In this document: in pieces, positions 27,456 to 32,000 of the stretch
How the letters are laid out: every line of letters begins with the position of its first letter
Position numbering within the stretch: the stretch's first letter is position 1
DNA from: an uncultured Actinomycetota bacterium
GTDB lineage: Bacteria; Actinomycetota; Actinomycetes; Actinomycetales; Kineosporiaceae
Direction of reading: 5' to 3'
NCBI GenBank assembly: GCA_963710915.1
Contig: CAVQCD010000008.1
Location: 284,129-316,128, forward strand
DNA length: 32,000 nt
Made by a program: the position numbers and the translations under genes
Notes under the pieces: generated by a model
What the model saw: only the letters and a program-made list of their open reading frames with translations
Database searches by the model: none
Told to the model about the DNA's origin: nothing

Positions 27456-28904
27456 ATGACCACGACGACCGGAGGGGAACAGGGCGCGCAGGCGCAGTTC
27501 TTCGCCAAAGCCCTGTACATGGTCGACGTGCGCGGCTGGCCCGACCACCTGATCCACCCGCAGGAGCCGTTCGAAGACCCCAAGGCGGCTCCTGCGGGTG
27601 CCCAGCTCACCGTCGGGCCGATCGACCCGGCCGGCGCCGTGCCGCTTCCGGCGCCGGCCGCGGTGGCTCTCCAGACCTCCACGTTCACCCTGCGCAACAG
27701 CGGCAACCGGACGCTGGCCGCGCCCAAGCGGTCCTGGAAGGTCGAGCTCGACCAGGGCCCGGGCCCGGACGGTGAGATCGCCGGGATGACCTGCCTGAAC
27801 CTGAAGTCGATGTGGAACGACCCCTCCCAGCTGCGCGAGTCTCTGGCCTGGCAGCTCTTCGCGGCGGCCGGCGTGCCGTCGTCCGGTCACAGCTACGCCC
27901 GGCTCGGCATCAACGGCCGCTACCTGGGGCTGTACTCGGTGATCGAGCAGGTCGACAGGGCGTTCCTCGCGCGGCACTTCCCGGGCAGGCCCCGTGGCAA
28001 CCTGTACAAGGTCGGCTGCGGGCGGCTGGGGTGCGGAACGCTCGAGTACCGGGTGGCACCGGACGGCGACGACAGCGGCCGGCAGTACAGGAACCCGCCG
28101 GAGGCCGGCCCCGGCTCGGGGCTGGAGACCGATGCCACCTACCGGTTGCGCTCCTACTCCAAGGCCCCGGACGCCGAGAGCTTCGACGACCTGGCGGCGC
28201 TGGTGCGGGCGATCAACGGGATCGGCCTGTCCGGGGGCTCCGAGCGGTTCGACACCGTGGCGTTCGCCGACCGGATCCGCTCGATCTTCGCGGTGGAGCC
28301 GTTCCTGCGCTGGGCGGCGGTGAACGTGCTGATCGGGGGCTGGGACAACTACTTCGCCACTCCGGGCAACTACTACCTGTACAACTCCACCCGCACCCCC
28401 GGCTCGCGGGACGTGGTGGGTGAGCCCTTCTTCACCCTCATCCCGTGGGACTACGACAACTCCTTCGGCATGGACTACTTCGGCGCCCGCTGGCAGGACA
28501 CCGACCTGCTGGACTGGCCGGCCAACACCGAGGCCTATTGGCGGTTCAACTCCGGCCAGTCGAAGCGCACCCGGCTTCCGCTGCTGCAGAACCTGTTGCA
28601 GAACACCGAGTTCCGCACCTACTACCTCGAGCAGGTGACAGGTCTGCTCGACACGGTGTTCCAGCCGAGTGCCGTCGACGCCGCCCTGGCCGGCCTCTGG
28701 CCGCGCGTCGCGACGTCCGCCTACCTGGAGTCGGACACCCCGCACGGCGCACCGTTCACCCACCGGCAGTACACCAACGACGAGGTGTACCGGAACGCCT
28801 TCCTGCAGTGGGAGATTCGCCGCGGCGACACCTTCGCCCACGGGATCAGGCACTATGTGCGGATGCGCTACGACCGGGCCCGGGACCAGCTGAAGGACCT
28901 CTGA
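27456..28904 (+). CDS. CotH-family (atypical kinase fold) protein
   Basis: ATG 27456 has AGGGGG upstream. CotH-like blocks are LNLKSMWNDPSQLRESLAWQLF, GLYSVIEQVD..F, GNLYK, WDNYFATPGNYYLYN and LIPWDYDNSFG. There is no obvious signal peptide. Confidence 0.7.
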   Translation: MTTTTGGEQGAQAQFFAKALYMVDVRGWPDHLIHPQEPFEDPKAAPAGAQLTVGPIDPAGAVPLPAPAAVALQTSTFTLRNSGNRTLAAPKRSWKVELDQGPGPDGEIAGMTCLNLKSMWNDPSQLRESLAWQLFAAAGVPSSGHSYARLGINGRYLGLYSVIEQVDRAFLARHFPGRPRGNLYKVGCGRLGCGTLEYRVAPDGDDSGRQYRNPPEAGPGSGLETDATYRLRSYSKAPDAESFDDLAALVRAINGIGLSGGSERFDTVAFADRIRSIFAVEPFLRWAAVNVLIGGWDNYFATPGNYYLYNSTRTPGSRDVVGEPFFTLIPWDYDNSFGMDYFGARWQDTDLLDWPANTEAYWRFNSGQSKRTRLPLLQNLLQNTEFRTYYLEQVTGLLDTVFQPSAVDAALAGLWPRVATSAYLESDTPHGAPFTHRQYTNDEVYRNAFLQWEIRRGDTFAHGIRHYVRMRYDRARDQLKDL

Positions 28905-28908
28905 CCGC

Positions 28909-29838
28909 ATGGCACCTGCACGACGCACCCGGCACGACGCGGCGGCAGATCCCGGCGCCGCCGGCACGCTGATCCTGCTCCGCGAGGCCCGCTTGGCGGA
29001 GCTGCTCGGGCCGCTGCTGCTCGACCGGCTGGGCACCCGCCGGCTGGAGGCCAGCGGGGTGGTGGCGTGCGACGAGGGACTCTGGGTGGTCTTCGACAAC
29101 GTTCCCCACCTGGTGCGGATCGATCCGCGACTCCTCGTCCCCGACCCCGGTGCGACCCTCGTCCGGCATCCGGACGAGGTGGCCGGCTTCGAGGATGTGG
29201 CGCACGACCCCGAGACCGGTCGGTTGTTCGCGGTGATCGAGGCCGAACTGCGCCACCCCGACGAGACCTGGACGGCCCGGGTGTGGGAGTTCGACGCGCA
29301 GTTGCAGCCCCTGCGCAGCCGCTGGCTTGACCGGCCACTGCCCAGCGGCAACAAGGGCATCGAGGGCCTGGGGTATCTCCGCCGCGGCGGGGCGGAGTAC
29401 CTGCTGGCCCTGTCCGAGGGGAACTTCGACGCCGCCGGGGGCGCGGGCCGCCAGGGCGGGGGCGGGCGGGTGCACGTCTTCGCCGAACGCGACGGTCAGA
29501 GCTGGGCCGAGGTCGCCACCGTGGCGCTGCCGGCGACCCTGGACGCCGGCGACTACAGCGCCCTCAGCGTGCGCGGGGACCAGCTCGCCGTGCTGTCCCA
29601 GGTCTCGGCGCTGCTGTGGGTGGGGCGGCTGCATCCCAGCTCTTGGGACATCATGGACGGCGGCAGGACCTACCGGTTGCCCCTGGACCCCCAGGGCCGC
29701 ACCGTCTACGGCACCGCCGAGGGGGTCACGTGGCTGGACGAGAACACGGTGGCGATCGTCTCGGACCGGGCCCGGCGCGACCAGCCGGACTGGATGCGGG
29801 CGAAGCAGGAGTCGGTGCACGTGTTCCGGCTTCCGTAG
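28909..29838 (+). CDS. Uncharacterized protein, possibly beta-propeller-like (NKGIEGL motif)
   Basis: The ORF is intact at 309 aa. It starts 4 nt after the CotH stop, and its stop overlaps the next gene start. ASGVV...GLWVVFDN and NKGIEGLGY are reminiscent of SdiA-regulated, phytase-like or DUF3616 families, but I cannot assign it. Confidence 0.5.
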   Translation: MAPARRTRHDAAADPGAAGTLILLREARLAELLGPLLLDRLGTRRLEASGVVACDEGLWVVFDNVPHLVRIDPRLLVPDPGATLVRHPDEVAGFEDVAHDPETGRLFAVIEAELRHPDETWTARVWEFDAQLQPLRSRWLDRPLPSGNKGIEGLGYLRRGGAEYLLALSEGNFDAAGGAGRQGGGGRVHVFAERDGQSWAEVATVALPATLDAGDYSALSVRGDQLAVLSQVSALLWVGRLHPSSWDIMDGGRTYRLPLDPQGRTVYGTAEGVTWLDENTVAIVSDRARRDQPDWMRAKQESVHVFRLP

Positions 29839-30875
29839 TGCCTCCTGGGGCGGCGCCGCCGCTGCGAGGTCTGTTCGGCAAACGGGTGCCCGGGGACGAC
29901 GCGCTGCTGGAGCTGTGCCGGCTGCGGTTCGCACAGAGCGGACTCGCGGCCGAGCTCTACGCCGGTTCACCCGCCGAGCTCGACCACGTGCTGGCCTTCG
30001 TGCCGCCGACGCCGACGTCGACGCCGCCGATGGTGCACCTGTCGCGGCGCATCGATCTGCTCGAACCGGCTGGGCAGCACGCCGTCCGCGAGCTCGTGCG
30101 GCATGCCGGCGACCGGGTGGCGGGCTTCGTCGTGCACGACCGCCGGCACTTCCCCGGGCAGCTGGACTCCGTGGCCCGGGTCGCCGAGGAGCTCTCCGCC
30201 GACCTGGTGTCAGCCGGCGGCGGGTGGTTGTTCGTGGAGTACGCCGCCGGCCTGCGGCTCGAGGAGTTCGTCGAGCTCTCCCGGCTGCTGGAGGGCAGTG
30301 AGCGGGTCGGCGTCTGCATCGACACCGGGCACGTCGGCATCCGTGCCGCGCGCTGGGCCTTCGCCGCGCGCCGTCCAGAGGTGCCGGTCGACCTCGCGGC
30401 CCTGACCGCGGCCGATCCGCGCCTGCCGGCCCTGGTGGACGACGTCCACGCCGCCGCGGCCGCTGCGCTGCCCGCCGTCCTCGACCTGATCGAGGCGGTT
30501 GCGGCAGCGGGTCGTCGGGTTCATCTGCACCTGCACGACGGTCACCCGCTGGTGGACGGGCTGGCCGATCATTTCGGCTTCCTCGGCCGCCAGCCGGTGC
30601 CGTTCGACGTCGCCGGACGCCGGTCGCTGCCGAACCTGTACGGGCCGGCCGGGCTGCAGGCGATCCTGGCTGCGGCGGCCAGGATCGGGGAGCGGGCCTC
30701 GCTCACGCTGGAGATTCATCAGGGCTTCGGCCGGCTCGGGCTGGACGACGAGGCGGCGGCGATGTTCGGCCACTGGCGTGACCTGACCACCGCCGAGCAG
30801 ACCAACGCCCACCTGGCCCTGCTCGCCGAGAACGCCGACCTGGCCCGCGCCCTCACCGCCGCGGCTGCGGGCTGA
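29838..30875 (+). CDS. Xylose-isomerase-like TIM-barrel protein (sugar phosphate isomerase/epimerase superfamily)
   Basis: GTG 29838 overlaps the upstream TAG by 1 nt. Metal-ligand-like blocks are VGVCIDTGH, VHLHLHDG and LTLEIH. The track start at 29616 would lie inside the previous gene. Confidence 0.55.
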   Translation: MPPGAAPPLRGLFGKRVPGDDALLELCRLRFAQSGLAAELYAGSPAELDHVLAFVPPTPTSTPPMVHLSRRIDLLEPAGQHAVRELVRHAGDRVAGFVVHDRRHFPGQLDSVARVAEELSADLVSAGGGWLFVEYAAGLRLEEFVELSRLLEGSERVGVCIDTGHVGIRAARWAFAARRPEVPVDLAALTAADPRLPALVDDVHAAAAAALPAVLDLIEAVAAAGRRVHLHLHDGHPLVDGLADHFGFLGRQPVPFDVAGRRSLPNLYGPAGLQAILAAAARIGERASLTLEIHQGFGRLGLDDEAAAMFGHWRDLTTAEQTNAHLALLAENADLARALTAAAAG

Positions 30876-31533
30876 CTGCGGGCTCCGGCTCCGGCTCCGG
30901 CTCCGGCGTCACCGGCACGGTCATCCGGGGCAGCAACGGGTGCACCAGCGGCCCGATGCCCAGCGCGTAGAGGATGGTGCCGGGGCCGAAGTTGCCGCCG
31001 AGCAGCCAGCCGGCCGCCACCACGACGATCTCGATCGCCATCCGGACCCAGCGCACCGGCCACCCGGTGCGCCCGCAGACACCGGTCATCAGCCCGTCCC
31101 GCGGGCCAGGACCGAGCCGGGCCCCGATGTAGGCGCCCGAGGCGACCGCGTTCAGGCCCAGCGCGAACACGACATACCCGATCCGGACGGCGAGGGCGTC
31201 GGGCTGGGGAAGCAGCGGCAGCGCGGCGTCCACCACCAGGCCGATCACGATCGCGTTGCTGATCGTGCCGATGCCCGGCATCTGGCGCAGCGGGATCCAG
31301 GCCAGCAGGACGGCCACCCCGACCACGATGGTGATCTGCCCGATCGTGGTCTCGATCCCGGCGCGCGCCAGCGTGCGCACGATGCCCTGGTGCAGAACGT
31401 CCCAGGGCATCACGCCGAGCCGGGCCTGCACGAAGAAGGCCATCGAGATGCCGAAGAGCACCAGGCCCACGTAGAGCTGGACCAGACGGCGCACGGGACG
31501 ATCGAACCGAGGGGCAGACATGGTCGCCATCAT
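30853..31533 (-). CDS. YczE/YitT-type integral membrane protein
   Basis: MMATMSAPRFDRPVRRLVQLYVGLVLFGISMAF... has several TM helices, GARLGPGPRDGLM, and a C-terminal (PE)n tail. Its 3' end overlaps the convergent TIM-barrel gene by 23 nt. Confidence 0.65.
   Translation of the reverse strand: MMATMSAPRFDRPVRRLVQLYVGLVLFGISMAFFVQARLGVMPWDVLHQGIVRTLARAGIETTIGQITIVVGVAVLLAWIPLRQMPGIGTISNAIVIGLVVDAALPLLPQPDALAVRIGYVVFALGLNAVASGAYIGARLGPGPRDGLMTGVCGRTGWPVRWVRMAIEIVVVAAGWLLGGNFGPGTILYALGIGPLVHPLLPRMTVPVTPEPEPEPEPAVSPQPRR
30881..30904. repeat. Hexanucleotide tandem repeat (GGCTCC)x4
   Basis: Read directly from the sequence. It encodes the PEPEPEPE tail of the YczE-type protein on the minus strand. 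Confidence 0.9.
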
Positions 31534-31541
31534 CCACGCTC

Positions 31542-31582
31542 AGTGGCCTTGTCTTCCATATCCAATCTAGGGATAGTGGCCT
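31542..31582. promoter_or_regulatory. Direct repeat AGTGGCCT (x2, 33 nt apart) in the yczE-mocR divergent intergenic region (candidate MocR operator)
   Basis: The copies lie at 31542-31549 and 31575-31582, in an otherwise AT-richer 50-nt gap. The second copy ends 1 nt before the regulator ATG. Confidence 0.3.
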
Positions 31583-31583
31583 G

Positions 31584-32000
31584 ATGGTCCGTGACCACTT
31601 GCCGGCCGGGCGGATCGGGGCCGGCCACCTGGAGACGCTGCTCGACGGGTGGCGCCGCGATCGCCCCGAGGCCCCCGGCTACCTGGCCCTGGCCGGTCGG
31701 CTGCGCACCCTGGTACTGGACGGACGGCTGCCGGTGCGTACGGTCCTCCCGTCCGAACGCGCCCTGGCCACCCTGACCGGCGCCAGCCGGACCCTCACCA
31801 CGGCCGCCTACCGGCACCTGCGCGAGGAGGGCTTCGCCGAGGGCAGGCAGGGCTCGGGCACCTGGACCACGCTGCCGCGGCACGGCGACGACCAGGTCTG
31901 GCCGGCCACCGCGACGTCCGTGGGCACCGGTGATCTGTCGACTGCAGCACCCGAGGCTCCCCCTGAGCTGCACCACGCGCTGCTCGCCGCGGTCGAGGAA
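31584..32000 (+). CDS. MocR/GntR-family transcriptional regulator (N-terminal wHTH plus start of aminotransferase-like domain; 3' end beyond window)
   Basis: Absent from the track because it is open at the window edge. My translation from ATG 31584 reads MVRDHLPAGRIGAGHLETLLDGW...GRLPVRTVLPSERALATLTGASRTLTTAAYRHLREEGFAEGRQGSGTWT..., a GntR-type helix-turn-helix. There is no stop to 32000. Confidence 0.7.
   Translation, partial: MVRDHLPAGRIGAGHLETLLDGWRRDRPEAPGYLALAGRLRTLVLDGRLPVRTVLPSERALATLTGASRTLTTAAYRHLREEGFAEGRQGSGTWTTLPRHGDDQVWPATATSVGTGDLSTAAPEAPPELHHALLAAVEE

Overview
Very GC-rich, actinobacterial-type chromosomal DNA. I found no rRNA, tRNA, CRISPR array, IS element or integrase. The supplied ORF track is dominated by spurious out-of-frame and antisense ORFs, and it writes GTG and TTG starts as M.

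1-12.6 kb is a conserved housekeeping neighbourhood:
- a DUF255 thioredoxin-domain gene, open at the window edge and missing from the track
- an HCX5R phosphatase
- mca, a DUF4307 gene, greA and ilvA
- a three-gene polar amino-acid ABC transporter
- metB followed by a glmL-like gene
- a membrane Ser/Thr kinase with a Thr/Ser/Pro tail

12,654-26,256 is the centrepiece. It is 15 co-directional, mostly overlapping genes on the minus strand, forming a cytosolic group 2a (Huc / cyanobacterial HupSL-like) [NiFe]-hydrogenase supercluster. The order is DUF1641, hypA, hypB, hucS, hucL, endopeptidase, 75-aa ORF, TPR-like, 120-aa ORF, NifU-Rieske fusion, six-blade NHL propeller, hypF, hypC, hypD, hypE.

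Six of these 15 genes are out of frame as sequenced: hypA, hucL, the TPR-like gene, hypF, hypC and hypD. One consequence is an in-frame hypC-hypD fusion. I saw no disruption in the roughly 19 genes outside the cluster. This means either selective decay of the H2-oxidation locus or localized sequence errors.

26.3-32 kb carries:
- a DUF2510 membrane protein
- a tightly coupled operon of unknown function (CotH-family kinase, uncharacterized protein, xylose-isomerase-like TIM barrel)
- a divergent YczE-type membrane protein and MocR/GntR regulator pair with a direct-repeat candidate operator
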